Positions 36,225 through 49,944 of a DNA stretch of 64,000 bases are shown here, one piece after another. The position numbers and the translations under genes are program-made. The notes beneath the pieces are model-generated. The model was not told the DNA's origin and searched no databases. It saw only the letters and a list, made by a program, of their open reading frames with translations. Position 1 is the stretch's first letter. Every line of letters starts with the position of its first letter. The stretch spans positions 62,001 through 126,000 of the forward strand of contig JASTWF010000036.1 in NCBI GenBank assembly GCA_030390025.1, given 5' to 3'. The DNA comes from Squalus acanthias. Its lineage: Eukaryota.

Positions 36225-39200
36225 GGTCCCTCTAACCCCTCTCTCTCACACTCCTGTATCTGGGGAGGTCGCTCTAACCCCTCTCTCACACACTCCTGTA
36301 TCTGAGGAGGTCCCTCTAACCCCTCTCTCACACACTCCTGTATCTGGGGAGGTCCCTCTAACCCCTCTCACACACTCCTGTATCTGGGGAGGTCCCTCTA
36401 ACCCCTCTCTCACACACTCCTGTATCTGGGGAGGTCCCTCTAACCCCTCTCTCACACTCCTGTATCTGGGGAGGTCCCTCTAACCCCTCTCTCACACACT
36501 CCTGTATCTGGGGAGGTCCCTCTAACCCCTCTCTCACACTCCTGTATCTGGGGAGGTCCCTCTAACCCCGCTCTCACACACTCCTGTATCTGGGGAGCTC
36601 CCTCTAACCCCACTCTCACACTCCTGTATCTGGGGAGGTCCCTCTAACCCCTCTCTCTCACACTCCTGTATCTGGGGAGGTCCCTCTAACCCCTCTCTCA
36701 CACACTCTTGTATCTGGGGAGGTCCCTCTAACCCCTCTCTCTCACCCACTCCTGTATCTGGGGAGGTCCCTCTAACCCCTCTCTCACACACTCCTGTATC
36801 TGGGGAGGTCCCTCTAACCCCTCTCTCTCACACACTCCTGTATCTGGGGAGGTCCCTCTAACCCCTCTCTCACACACTCCTGTATCTGGGTAGGTCCCTC
36901 TAACCCCTCTCTCACATACTCCTGTATCTGGGGAGGTCCCTCTAACCCCTCTCTCCCACACTCCTGTATCTGGGGAGGTCCCTCTAACCCCTCTCTCACA
37001 CACTCCTGTATCTGGGGAGGTCCCTCTAACACCTCTCTCACACTCCTGTATCTGGGGAGGTCTCTCTAACCCCTCTCTCACACACTCCTGTATCTGGGGA
37101 GGTCGCTCTAACCCCTCTCTCACATACTCCTGTATCTGGGGAGGTCCCTCTAACCCCTCTCTCTCACACACTCCTGTATCTGGGGAGGTCCTTCTAACCC
37201 CTCTCTCACACACTCCTGTATCTGGGGAGATCCCTCTAACCCCTCTCTCACACACTCCTGTATCTGAGGAGGTCCCTCTAACCCCTCTCACTCACACACT
37301 CCTGTATCTGGGGAGGTCTCTCTAACCCCTCTCTCACACAGTCCTGTATCTGGGGAGGTCCCTCTAACCCCTCTCTCTCACACACTCCTGTATCTGGGGA
37401 GGTCTCTCTAACCCCTCTCTCACACACTCCTGTATCTTGTGAGGTCCCTCTAATCCCTCTTTCACACTCCTGTATCTGGGGAGGCCCCTCTAACCCCTCT
37501 CTCACACACTCCTGTATCTGGGGAGACCTCTCTAACCCCTCTCTCTCACACACTCCTGTATCTGGGGAGGTCCCTCTAACCCCTCTCTCACACTCCTGTA
37601 TCTGGGGAGGTCCCTCTAACCCCGCTCTCACACACTCCTGTATCTGGGGAGCTCCCTCTAACCCCACTCTCACACTCCTGTATCTGGGGAGGTCCCTCTA
37701 ACCCCTCTCTCTCACACTCCTGTATCTGGGGAGGTCCCTCTAACCCCTCTCTCACACACTCTTGTATCTGGGGAGGTCCCTCTAACCCCTCTCTCTCACC
37801 CACTCCTGTATCTGGGGAGGTCCCTCTAACCCCTCTCTCACACACTCCTGTATCTGGGGAGGTCCCTCTAACCCCTCTCTCTCACACACTCCTGTATCTG
37901 GGGAGGTCCCTCTAACCCCTCTCTCACACACTCCTGTATCTGGGTAGGTCCCTCTAACCCCTCTCTCACATACTCCTGTATCTGGGGAGGTCCCTCTAAC
38001 CCCTCTCTCCCACACTCCTGTATCTGGGGAGGTCCCTCTAACCCCTCTCTCACACACTCCTGTATCTGGGGAGGTCCCTCTAACACCTCTCTCACACTCC
38101 TGTATCTGGGGAGGTCTCTCTAACCCCTCTCTCACACACTCCTGTATCTGGGGAGGTCGCTCTAACCCCTCTCTCACATACTCCTGTATCTGGGGAGGTC
38201 CCTCTAACCCCTCTCTCTCACACACTCCTGTATCTGGGGAGGTCCTTCTAACCCCTCTCTCACACACTCCTGTATCTGGGGAGATCCCTCTAACCCCTCT
38301 CTCACACACTCCTGTATCTGAGGAGGTCCCTCTAACCCCTCTCACTCACACACTCCTGTATCTGGGGAGGTCTCTCTAACCCCTCTCTCACACAGTCCTG
38401 TATCTGGGGAGGTCCCTCTAACCCCTCTCTCTCACACACTCCTGTATCTGGGGAGGTCTCTCTAACCCCTCTCTCACACACTCCTGTATCTGGGGAGGTC
38501 CCTCTAATCCCTCTTTCACACTCCTGTATCTGGGGAGGCCCCTCTAACCCCTCTCTCACACACTCCTGTATCTGGGGAGACCTCTCTAACCCCTCTCTCT
38601 CACACACTCCTGTATCTGGGGAGGTCCCTCTCTCCCCTCTCTCACACTCCTGTATCTGGGGAGATCCCACTAACCCCTCTCTCTCACACTCCTGTATCTG
38701 GGGAGGTCCCTCTAATCCCTCTCTCACACACACTCCTGTATCTGGGGAGGTCTCTCTAACCCCCTCTCTCTCACACACTCCTGTATCTGAGGAGGTCCCA
38801 ATAACCCCTCTTTCTCACACACTCCTGTATCTGGGTAGGCCCCTCTAACCCCTCTCTCTCACACTTCTGTATCTGGGGAGATCCCTCTGACCCCTCTCTC
38901 TCACACTCCTGTATCTGGGGAGGTCCCTCTAATCCCTCTCTCACACACACTCCTGTATCTGGGGAGGTCCTTCTAACCCCTCTCTCACACACTCCTGTAT
39001 CTGGGGAGATCCCTCTAACCCCTCTCTCACACACTCCTGTATCTGAGGAGGTCCCTCTAACCCCTCTCACTCACACACTCCTGTATCTGGGGAGGTCTCT
39101 CTAACCCCTCTCTCACACAGTCCTGTATCTGGGGAGGTCCCTCTAACCCCTCTCTCTCACACACTCCTGTATCTGGGGAGGTCTCTCTAACCCCTCTCTC

Positions 39201-40064
39201 ACACACTCCTGTATCTGGGGAGGTCCCTCTAATCCCTCTTTCACACTCCTGTATCTGGGGAGGCCCCTCTAACCCCTCTCTCACACACTCCTGTATCTGG
39301 GGAGACCTCTCTAACCCCTCTCTCTCACACACTCCTGTATCTGGGGAGGTCCCTCTCTCCCCTCTCTCACACTCCTGTATCTGGGGAGATCCCACTAACC
39401 CCTCTCTCTCACACTCCTGTATCTGGGGAGGTCCCTCTAATCCCTCTCTCACACACACTCCTGTATCTGGGGAGGTCTCTCTAACCCCCTCTCTCTCACA
39501 CACTCCTGTATCTGAGGAGGTCCCAATAACCCCTCTCTCTCACACACTCCTGTATCTGGGTAGGCCCCTCTAACCCCTCTCTCTCACACTTCTGTATCTG
39601 GGGAGATCCCTCTGACCCCTCTCTCTCACACACTCCTGTATCTGGGGAGGTCCCTCTAACCCCTCTCTCTCACACACACCTGTATCTGGGGAGGTCGCTC
39701 TAACCCCTCTCTCACACACTCCTGTATCTGAGGAGGTCCCTCTAACCACTCTCTCATACGCCTGTATCTGGGGAGGTCCCTCTAACCCCTCTCTCTCTCA
39801 CACTCCTGTATCTGGGGAGGTCCCTCTAACCCCTCTCTCTCACACACTCCTGTATCTGGGGAGGTCCCTCTAACCCCTCTCTCTCACACACTCCTGTATC
39901 TGGGGAGGTCCCTCTAACCCCTCTCTCACACTCTCCTGTATCTGAGGAGGTCCCTCTAACCCCTCTCTCACACACTCCTGTATCTGGGGAGGTCCCTCTA
40001 ACCCCTCTCTCACACTCCTGTATCTGGGGAGGTGCCTCTAAACCGTCTCTCACACTCCTGTATC

Positions 40065-40420
40065 CCTCCACCACCGGCGCACCGTGGCTGCAGTGTGCAC
40101 CATCTACAAGATGCACTGCAGCAACTCGCCAAGGCTTCTTCGGCAGCACCTCCCAAACCCGCGACCTCTTCCACCTAGAAGGACAAGGGCAGCAGGCGCA
40201 ATGGGATCACCACCACCTCCAAGTTCCAGCTCTGAGACACAGACACAGACTTGGAAGTATATCGGCCGTTCCTTCATCGTCGCTGGGTCAAAATCCTGGA
40301 ACTCCCTACCGAACAGCGCTCTGGGAGCACCTTCACCACACGGACTGCAGCGGTTCAAGAAGGCGGCTCACCACCACCTTCTCGAGGGGCAATTAGGGGA
40401 TGGGCAATAAATGCTGGCCG
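40065..40420 (+). mobile_element. Non-LTR retrotransposon 3' end (CR1/L2-group-like; family not identified)
   Basis: Near-identical to 47113-47470; AAVCTIYKMHCSNSPRLL...WNSLP coding remnant. Confidence 0.7.
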
Positions 40421-40580
40421 AGACAGCAACAAATTAAAAAACGTGCCCTCACCCCAGTGTGGGACTGAGCCGCACACATAGAGCAGGAAAGGCCCAGGCT
40501 CCATCCCCGGCCTGTGTTACTGGTGTCAATATTCCCGCCATGTTTTCCCCGCAATGACGGATCCTGTTTGTGTTTTGCAG

Positions 40581-40671
40581 CTGGACCTTGAGCACCGCTG
40601 GGAGCAGGACAGGAAGAAGGAGCACAACGAGAAGCTGAGGCTTCTGTGGCACAAGGAGAAATGCAAACAGA
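40581..40671 (+). CDS. HDAC7: HDAC7-like exon LDLEHRWEQDRKKEHNEKLRLLWHKEKCKQ(S)
   Basis: tgttttgcag acceptor, gtaaga donor, 91 nt, phase 0/1. Resembles HDAC7 LRQLLHKDKSKRS and HDAC4 KLQQLKNKEKGKES. Confidence 0.9.
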
Positions 40672-40739
40672 GTAAGAGAGGGAGACCCAGGGCGAGGGGG
40701 GCCTGTGGGCACTGACCGTCCACGGAGAACTGGCTACCC

Positions 40740-40852
40740 AGAGAGAGAGAGAGAGAGACAGAGAGAGAGAGAGAGGCAGAGAGAGAGGGCAGAGAGAGAG
40801 AGACAGAGAGAGAGACAGAGAGAGAGACAGAGAGAGAGACAGAGAGAGAGAC

Positions 40853-40897
<45 letters not shown>

Positions 40898-40973
40898 GAG
40901 AGAGAGGGAGACGGAGAGGGAGACAGAGAGAGAGAGAGAGAGAGCGAGAAAGAGAGACAGAGAGAGGGAGACA

Positions 40974-41005
<32 letters not shown>

Positions 41006-41370
41006 CAGAGACAGAGAGAGAGACAGAGACAGAGAGAGAGAGAGACAGAGAGAGAGAGAGAGACAGAGAGAGAGAGAGCGACAGAGAGAGAGAGACAGAG
41101 AGAGAGAGACAGAGAGAGAGAGACAGAGAGAGAGACAGAGAGAGAGACAGAGAGAGAGACAGAGACAGAGAGAGAGACAGAGAGAGAGGGACAGAGAGAG
41201 AGAGAGAGACAGAGAGAGAGAGAGAGACAGAGAGAGACAGAGAGAGAGACAGAGAGACAGAGAGAGGGAGACAGAGAGGGAGACAGAGAGAGAGAGAGAG
41301 AGAGAGAGCGAGAAAGAGAGACAGAGAGAGGGAGACAGAGAGAGAGAGAGAGACAGAGAGAGAGAGAGAC

Positions 41371-41404
<34 letters not shown>

Positions 41405-41603
41405 CGACAGAGAGAGAGAGACAGAGAGAGAGAGACAGAGAGAGAGAGACAGAGAGAGAGACAGAGAGAGAGACAGAGTGAGAGATAGAGAAAGAGAGCG
41501 AAAGATCGAGAGAGACAGAGAGAGACAGAGAGAGAGAGACAGAGAGAGAAAGACAGAGAGAGAGACAGAGAGAGGGAGACAGAGAGAGAGAGCGAGACAG
41601 AGA

Positions 41604-41643
<40 letters not shown>

Positions 41644-41751
41644 GAGACAGAGAGAGAGAGAGACAGAGAGAGACAGAGAGAGGGAGACAGAGAGGGAGAC
41701 AGAGAGAGAGAGAGAGAGCGAGAAAGAGAGACAGAGAGAGGGAGACCGAGA

Positions 41752-41783
<32 letters not shown>

Positions 41784-41790
41784 CAGAGAC

Positions 41791-41827
<37 letters not shown>

Positions 41828-42027
41828 GAGACAGAGAGAGAGAGAGAGACAGAGAGAGAGAGAGAGCGACAGAGAGAGAGAGACAGAGAGAGAGAGACAG
41901 AGAGAGAGAGACAGAGAGAGAGACAGAGAGAGAGACAGAGTGAGAGATAGAGAAAGAGAGCGAAAGATCGAGAGAGACAGAGAGAGAGAGAGAGACAGAA
42001 AGAGACAGAGTGAGAGATAAAGAAAGA

Positions 42028-42060
<33 letters not shown>

Positions 42061-42113
42061 TGAGAGATAAACAGAGAGAGACAGAGAGAGATAGAGAGAG
42101 AGAGAGTGAGACA

Positions 42114-42167
<54 letters not shown>

Positions 42168-42478
42168 CAGAGAGAGAGCGACAGAGAGAGAGAGAGAGAC
42201 AGAGAGAGATAGAGAGACAAAGAGAGTTAGAGAGAGAGAGAGAGAGACAGGAGAGACAGAGAGAGAGAGAGAGAGAGAGAAACAGTGCCGGAGAGAGACA
42301 GAGAGAGAAAGAGAGATAGAGAGAGAGAGAGAGACTGAGAGAGAGAGAGAGAGACAGAGAGAGAGACAGAGAGAGAGAGACAGAGGGAGAGAGACAGAGA
42401 GAGAGAGAGACAGAGACAGAAAGAGAGAGAGAGAGAGAGACAGAGACAGAAAGAGAGAGACAGAGAGAGAGAGAGAGA
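40740..42478. repeat. (GA)n/(GACA) polypurine tract, about 1.7 kb
   Basis: Direct reading. Confidence 0.95.
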
Positions 42479-43141
42479 AACTATTTCCTCTGGTGGGGGG
42501 AGTCCAGAACAAGGGGGGGGGCAGAACCTTAAAATTAGAGCCAGGCCCGTTCAGGGGTGATGTCAGGAAGCACTTCTTCACACAAAGGCTGGTGGAAATC
42601 TGGAACTCTCTCCCCCCCCGTCAAAAAACTGATAAGGCTGGGGGTCAATTGGAAATTTCAAGACTGAAATGGCTAGATTTTTGTTGGGTAAGGGTTACGG
42701 AACCAAGGCGGGTGAATGAAGTAAAGATACAGATCAGTCACGATCTGATTGAATGGCGGGACAGGCTCGAGGGGGCTGAATGGCCTCCTCCTGTTCCTAA
42801 TGTAACAGGCTCGAGGGGGCTGAATGGCCTCCTCCTGTTCCTAATGTAAGGCTCGAGGGGGCTGAATGGCCTCCTCCTGTTCCTAATGTAACAGGCTCGA
42901 GGGGCTGAATGGCTTCCTCCTGTTCCTAATGTAACAGGCTCGAGGGAGGCTGAATGGCCTCCTCCTGTTCCTGTGTAACAGGCTCGAGGGGCTGAATGGC
43001 CTCCTCCTGTTCCTAATGTAACAGGCTCGAAGGGCTGAATGGCCTCCTCCTGTTCCTAATGTAACAGGCTCGAGGGGGGCTGAATGGCCTCCTCCTGTTC
43101 CTAATGTAACAGGCTGGAGGGGGGCTGAATGGCCTCCTCCT
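42479..43141 (+). mobile_element. CR1 3' end with about 9 tandem terminal 43-45-bp units
   Basis: KHFFTQRLVEIWNSLP followed by tail repeats. Confidence 0.88.
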
Positions 43142-44750
43142 GATAGGGAGGGTAGTAGGGGCTGGTGGAAGTTACAGGGATAGGGAGGGTTGTAGGGGGC
43201 TGGAGGAGGTTACAGAGATAGGGAGGGTTGTAGGGGGCTGGAGGGGGTTACAGAGATAGGGAGGGTTGTAGGGGCTGGAGGAGGTTACAGAGATAGGGAG
43301 GGTTGAAGGGGCTGGAGGAGGTTACAGAGATAGGGAGGGTTGTAGGGGGCTGGAGGAGGTTACAGAGATAGGGAGGGTTGTAGGGGTATGGAGGAGGTTA
43401 CAGAGATAGGGAGGGTTATAGGGGGCTGGAGGAGGTTAGAGATAGGGAGGGTTGTAGGGGCTGGAGGAGGTTACAGAGATAGGGAGGGTTGTAGGGGCTG
43501 GAGGAGGTTACGGACATAGGGTGGGTTGTAGGGGCTGGAGGAGGTTACAGAGATAGGGAGGGTTGTAGGGGCTGGAGGAGGTTACAGAGATAGGGTTGTA
43601 GGGGGTGGAGGAGGTTACAGAGATAGGGAGGGTTGTAGGGGGCTGGAGGAGGTTACAGAGATAGGGAGGGTTGTAGGGGGCTGGAGGAGGTGTCAGAGAT
43701 AGGGAGGGTTGTAGGGGCTGGAGGAAATTACAGAGATAGGGAGGGTTGTAGGGGGCTGGAGGAGGTGACAGATAGGGAGGGTTGTAGGGGTCTGGAGGAG
43801 GTTACAGAGATAGGGAGGGTTATAGGGGGCTGGAGGAGGTTGCAGAGATAGGGAGGGTTGTAGGGGCTGGAGGAGGTTACAGAGATAGGGAGGGTTATAG
43901 GGGGCTGGAGGAGGTTGCAGAGATAGGGAGGGTTGTAGGGGCTGGAGGAGGTTACAGAGATAGGGAGGGCTGTAGGGGCTGGAGGAGGTTACGGACATAG
44001 GGAGGGTTGTAGGGTTTGGAGGAGGTTACTTAGATAGGGAGGGTTGTAGGGGCTGGAGGAGGTTACAGAGATAGTGTTGTAGGGGGTGGAGGAGGTTACA
44101 GAGATAGGGAGGGTTGTAGGGGGTTGGAGGAGGTTACAGAGATAGGGAGGGTTGTAGGGGCTGGAGGAGGTTACAGAGATAGGGAGGGTTGTAGGGGGCT
44201 GGAGGAGGTTACAGAGATAGGGAGGGTTGTAGGAGGCTGGAGGAGGTTACAGAGATAGGGAGGGTTGCAGGGGGCTGGAGGAGGTTACAGAGATAGGGAG
44301 GGTTGTAGGGGCTGGAGGAGGTTACAGAGATAGGGAGGGTTGTAGGGGGCTGGAGGAGGTTACAGAGATAGGGAGGGTTGTAGGAGGCTGGAGGAGGTTA
44401 CAGAGATAGGGAGGGTTGCAGGGGGCTGGAGGAGGTTACAGAGATAGGGAGGGTTGTAGGGGGCTGGAGGAGGTTACAGAGATAGGGAGGGTTGTAGGGG
44501 CTGGAGGAGGTTACAGAGATAGGGAGGGTTGTAGGGGCTGGAGGAGGTTACAGAGATAGGGATGGTTGTAGGGGGCTGGAGGAGGTTACAGAGATAGGGA
44601 GGGTTGTAGGAGGCTGGAGGAGGTTACAGAGATAGGGAGGGTTGCAGGGGGCTGGAGGAGGTTACAGAGATAGGGAGGGTTGTAGGGGCTGGAGGAGGTT
44701 ACAGAAATAGGGAGTAAGAGCGAGGAGGCCACGGAGGGATTTGAACAGAG
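43142..44750 (-). repeat. 37-38-bp L2-derived minisatellite
   Basis: Unit ggaggaggttacagagatagggagggttgtaggggct, ending in an L2 remnant. Confidence 0.9.
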
Positions 44751-45029
44751 AATTTTAAAAGTTAGTAACTATCTTTAGCTTTGGAAACAGGATGTATGTT
44801 GGCTAAATATACGCGAGCGTTCTATTCTGACCCCTCTCTGAATGCCTGTTGCCTTAGAGGAACATCAACAGATTTGGGCTGCACAGAAGAATAAGGAAGT
44901 GCCATTATTTTACTTAACCCCACCCCTGAGCTTTTTTAAAATTGTTCCTAATTATCTTGCAATGTGTATACATGAGTCCAGAGAGCAGGCAGTGCATTAC
45001 AAGTGCACACTCGCCCTAGTGCTTTGAAT

Positions 45030-46682
45030 AAAGAACTCGCATTTCTCCAGCGCCTTTCACCACCTCAGGACGTCCCAAAGCGCTTCACAGCCGATGAAGT
45101 ACTTTTTTTGAAGTGTGGTCACTGTTGTAATGTCGGAAACGCGGCAGCCAATTTGCGCACAGCAAGCTCCCACAAACAGCAATGTGATAATGACCAGATC
45201 ATCTGTGTTTTAAAAAGTAATGTTGGTTGAGGGATATCACAGAAAGTTAGCAGGCAGGTAGAGCAAGCACTAAGGAAAGCAAATGGCATGTTGGCCTTTA
45301 TTGCAACGGGGTTGGAGTATAAGAGTAAGGAAGTCAGTACTGCCCCTCCGACAGTGCGGCGCTCCCTCAGTACTGCCCCTCCGACAGTGCGGCGCTCCCT
45401 CAGTACTGCCCCTCCGACAGCGCTACGCTCCCTCGCTACTGCCCCTCCGACAGTGCGGCGCTCCCTCAGTACCGCCCCTCCGACAGTGCGGCGCTCCCTC
45501 AGTACAGCCCCTCCGACAGTACGGCGCTCCCTCAGTACCGCCCCTCCGACAGTGCGGCACTCCCTCAGTACTGCCCCTCCGACAGTGCGGCGCTCCCTCA
45601 GTACTGCCCCTCCGACAGTGCGGCGCTCCCTCAGTACTGCCCCTCCGACAGTGCGACACTCCCTCAGTACCGCCCCTCCGACAGTGCGGCGCTCCCTCAG
45701 TACCGCCCCTCCGACAGTGCGGCGCTCCCACAGTACTGCCCCTCCGACAGTGCGACGCTCCCTCGCTACTGCCCCTCCGACAGTGCGGCGCTCCCTCAGT
45801 ACCGCCCCTCCGACAGTGCGGCGCTCCCTCAGTACTGCCCCTCCGACAGTGCGGCGCTCCCTCAGTACTGCCCCTCCGACAGTGCGGCGCTCCCTCAGTA
45901 CTGCCCCTCCGACAGTGCGGCGCTCCCTCAGTACTGCCCCTCTGACAGTGCGGCGCTCCCTCAGTACTGACCCTCCGACAGTGCAGCGCTCCCTCAGTAC
46001 TGACCCTCCGACAGTGCAGCGCCCCCTCAGTACTGACCCTCCGACAGTGCAGCGCCCCCTCAGTACTGACCCGCCGACAGTGCGGCACTCCCTCAGTACC
46101 GCCCCTCCGACAGTGCGGCGCTCCCTCAGTACCGCCCCTCCGACAGTGCGGCGCTCCCTCAGTACCGCCAGCGCTCCCTCAGTACCGCCCTTCCGACGGT
46201 GCGGCACTCCCTCAGTACTGACCCTCCGACAGTGCAGCGCCCCCTCAGTACTGACCCTCCGACAGTGCGGCGCTCCCTCAGTACCGCCCTTCCGACGGTG
46301 CGGCACTCCCTCAGTACCGCCCCTCCGACAGTGCGGCGCTCCCTCAGTACCGCCCCTCCGACAGTGCGGCGCTCCCTCAGTACCGCCCCTCCGACAGTGC
46401 GGCGCTCCCTCAGTACCGCCCCTCCGACAGTGCGGCGCTCCCTCAGTACTGCCCCTCCGACAGTGCGGCGCTCCCTCAGTACCGCCCCTCCGACAGTGAG
46501 GCGCTCCCTCAGTACCGCCCCTCCGACAGTGCGGCGCTCCCTCAGTACCGCCCCTCCGACAATGCGGCGCTCCCTCAGCACTGTCACTGGGATTGTCGGC
46601 TTGGATTTTACGCTCGAGTCTCGAATCTACAACCTTCTGACTCAGAGGCGAGAGAGAGGATTCTACCCACTGAGTCACGGCT
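45030..46682 (-). mobile_element. Deu SINE pieces: tail 45030-45236, about 100-bp CR1 fragment, about 38 units of the 33-bp array (45335-46580) and head
   Basis: Reverse complement of SINE tail, array and tRNA-like head. Confidence 0.8.
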
Positions 46683-46964
46683 GTACATCTAATCAGAGAT
46701 TACAGTTTCAAAAAAACATGCTCACTAACGAGCATGCAGCGAAACTGATTTCCTCCCCACCTCCCCTGTGAGAAACTCCTTCGCTCTCTCTCTCTCCCCC
46801 GAGACTGCTAGTCTTGCTTTCGTATTATTGTAATCCGGAAATTATTTTAAAAAACCCTTTCCTCTCCTCTGAGATAATAGCTGAGAGTCAATTAGACGAA
46901 CAGGGACTTTACAGAGCGATCTCTTTGCTTGCGAATTCGCCTCTGTAACATCCAGCAATTGTAT

Positions 46965-47498
46965 CATTGAGGCACAAGTCAGGAGTTTGACTGAATACTC
47001 TCCGCTTGCCTGGATGAGTGCAGCTCCAACAAAACACAAGAAGCTCGACACCATCCAGGACAAAGCAGCCCACTTGATCGGCACCCCACATCCACCACCT
47101 TAAACATTCACTCCTACCACCACCGGCGTACCGTGGCTGCAGTGTGTACCATCTACAAGATGCACTGCAGCAACTCGCCAAGGCTTCTTCGGCAGCACCT
47201 CCCAAACCCGCGACCTCTTCCACCTAGAAGGACAAGGGCAGCAGGCGCGTGGGAACACCACCACCTCCAAGTTCCCCTCCGAGTCACACACCATCCTGAC
47301 TTGGAAATATATCGGCCGATCCTTCATCGTCACTGGGTCAAAATCCTGGAACTCCCTCCCTAACAGCACTGTGGGAGCACCTTCACCACACGGACTGCAG
47401 CGGTTCAAGAAGGCGGCTCACCACCACCTTCTCAAGGGGCAATTAGGAATGGGCAATAAATGCTGGCCTTGCCAGCGACGCCCACATCCCAGGAATGA
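46965..47498 (+). mobile_element. Non-LTR retrotransposon 3' end, same family as 40065-40420
   Basis: EYSPLAWMSAAPT..KLDTIQDKAAHLI coding remnant and shared 3' UTR. Confidence 0.72.
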
Positions 47499-47519
47499 GT
47501 TAGTGCATTAGTGGCAGGT

Positions 47520-48440
47520 GTGGGATCTTTTAAATCCACACGAGAGGGCAGACGGGGTCTCGGTTTAATGTCTTGTCTGAAAGAGGCCACCTCCGAAAGT
47601 GCAGTGCTTACTCAGTACCGCCCCTCCGACAGTGCGGTGCTCCCTCAGTACTGCCCCTCCGACAGTGCAGCGCTCCCTCAGTACTGCCCCTCCGACAGTG
47701 CGGCGCTCCCTCAGTACTGCCCCTCCGACAGTGCGGCGCTCCCTCAGTACTGCCCCTCCGACAGTGCGGCGCTCCCTCAGTACCGCCCCTCCGACAGTGC
47801 AGCGCTCCCTCAGTACTGCCCCTCCGACAGTGCGGCGCTCCCTCAGTACTGCCCCTCCGACAGTGCGGCGCTCCCTCAGTACCGCCCCTCTGAGAGTGCG
47901 GCGCTCCCTCAGTACTGCCCCTCCGACAGTGCTGCGCTCCCTCAGTACCGACCCTCCGACAGTGCGGCGCTCCCTCAGTACCGCCCCTCCAACAGTGCGG
48001 CGCTCCCTCAGTACAGCCCCTCCGACAGTGCGGCGCTCCCTCAGTACCGCCCCTCCGACAGTGCGGCGCTCCCTCAGTACTGACCCTCCGACAGTGCGGC
48101 GCTCCCTCAGTACAGCCCCTCCGACAGTGCGGCGCTCCCTCAGTACTGCCCCTCCGACAGTGCGGGGCTCCCTCAGTACAGCCCCTCCGACAGTGCGGCG
48201 CTTCCTCAGTACTGCCCCTCCGACAGTGCGGGGCTCCCTCAGTACAGCCCCTCCGACAGTGCGGCGCTCCCTCAGTACTGCCCCTCCGACAGTGCGGGGC
48301 TCCCTCAGTACAGCCCCTCCGACAGTGCGGCGCTCCCTCAGTACCGCCCCTCCGACAGTGCGGTGCTCCCTCAGTACTGCCCCTCCAACAGTGCGGCGTT
48401 CAGAGGCGAGAGAGAGAGAGAGTGCTACCCACTGAGCCAC
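47520..48440 (-). mobile_element. Deu SINE with about 24 units of the 33-bp array
   Basis: Reverse complement of core start, array and head remnant (gtggctcagtgggtagcactct). Confidence 0.85.
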
Positions 48441-48519
48441 TGGTCACTCCCCGTACGGTAAGCGCTGCTCCTTTAACGTGCGTGCTCGCGGGTAACGCTC
48501 TCCCCTCTTGTGTCGGCAG

Positions 48520-48637
48520 GTGCAGTGGCGAGCAGCGAGGTGAAGCAACGACTCCAGGAGTTCGTACTGAAGAAACAGCAATTAGCTTTGAAACACTTGG
48601 ACCCCGGGACCCCGACTCAGCCCAGCGCAGCTTTCAA
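48520..48637 (+). CDS. HDAC7: HDAC7-like exon, MEF2-binding motif (S)AVASSEVKQRLQEFVLKKQQLALKHLDPGTPTQPSAAF
   Basis: cggcag acceptor, gtaagt donor, 118 nt, phase 1/2. Hallmark class IIa HDAC MEF2-binding motif; KKQQ is typical of HDAC7. Confidence 0.95.
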
Positions 48638-48756
48638 GTAAGTGACGGGTTTGGGTGGGGAGGGTGGGCTCGGTGTTACCCGGCCATGGGGAGGGAGGAC
48701 ATCCAGGACTGTCCCTCCTCGAATCCATGTTCTCCCGCGTCCGGGGATCCCCATTA

Positions 48757-49368
48757 ATAGGAACAGGAGGAGGCCGTTCAGCCCCTCGAGCCTATTACAT
48801 TAGGAGCAGGAGGAGGCCATTCAGCCCCCCTCGAGCCTGTTACATTAGGAACAGGAGGAGGCCATTCAGCCCCCTCGAGCCTGTTACATTAGGAACAGGA
48901 GGAGGCCATTCAGCCCCCTCGAGCCTGTTACATTAGGAACAGGAGGACGACATTCAGCCCCCCTCGAGCCTGTTACATTAGGAACAGGAGGAGGCCATTC
49001 AGCCCCCTCAAGCCTGTTACATTAGGAACAGGAGGAGGCCATTCAGCCCCCTCGAGCCTGTTACATTAGGAACAGGAGGAGGCCATTCAGCCCCCTCGAG
49101 CCTGTTACATTAGGAACAGGAGGAGGCCATTCAGCCCCCTCGAGCCTGTTACATTAGGAACAGGAGGAGGCCATTCAGCCCCCCTCGAGCCTGTTACATT
49201 AGGAACAGGAGGAGGCCATTCAGCCCCCCTCGAGCCTGCTCCACCATTCAATAAGATCATGGCTGATCTTCTACCTCATCTCCACTTTCCCGTCCGATCC
49301 CCATATCCCTCGATTCCCCTAACGTGCAAAAATTATCCATCTCAGCCTTGAATATACTCAACGATTTT
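48757..49368 (-). mobile_element. CR1 3' tail with about 11 tandem terminal units
   Basis: Reverse complement of the 43-45-bp unit plus 3' UTR. Confidence 0.87.
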
Positions 49369-49717
49369 ATGGTTACATCCCTCTCGTCTTAACTTCAGAG
49401 GGCAGTTTAGAGTCAATCACGTTGGTGCGGTTCTGGAGTCACATCTAGCCCCAGAACGGGTTAGGTTTCCTTCCCTGAAGGACGTCATTGAACCAGATGA
49501 GCTTTTCTGACAACCTGTCGGCCTCAAGGGGTCACTTTTGCTGAGACCAGCCTGATTTCAAATTCTCACAGGGCCCCGCTGGAGTTCGAGCTCGCCTTCT
49601 CGGGGTTATTAGTCCAGCAGCAGAACCACGGCACTCGCGTGGGACAGAGACTCGTCCATCGCAGTGTGAGCTCGCGATCTGCTTAATATTATAGCAAGGT
49701 TACAAACACATCAACTT

Positions 49718-49790
49718 CCTCTCTCTCTCTCTCTGTCTCACTCTCTCTGTCTCTCTCTCTCTGTGTCTCTGTCTCTGGCTCTCTCTCTCA

Positions 49791-49833
<43 letters not shown>

Positions 49834-49875
49834 TCTCTGTCTCTCTCTCTCTGTGTCTCTCTCTCTTTCTCTCTG

Positions 49876-49906
<31 letters not shown>

Positions 49907-49913
49907 GTCTCTG

Positions 49914-49944
<31 letters not shown>

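Larger units (their letters stand above)
33870..40064. repeat. 40-44-bp minisatellite (cacactcctgtatctggggaggtccctctaacccctctct) split by a Penelope insertion
   Basis: Arms 33870-34533 and 36225-40064; higher-order repeats of 1054 and 725 bp inferred from identical ORFs. Confidence 0.95.
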
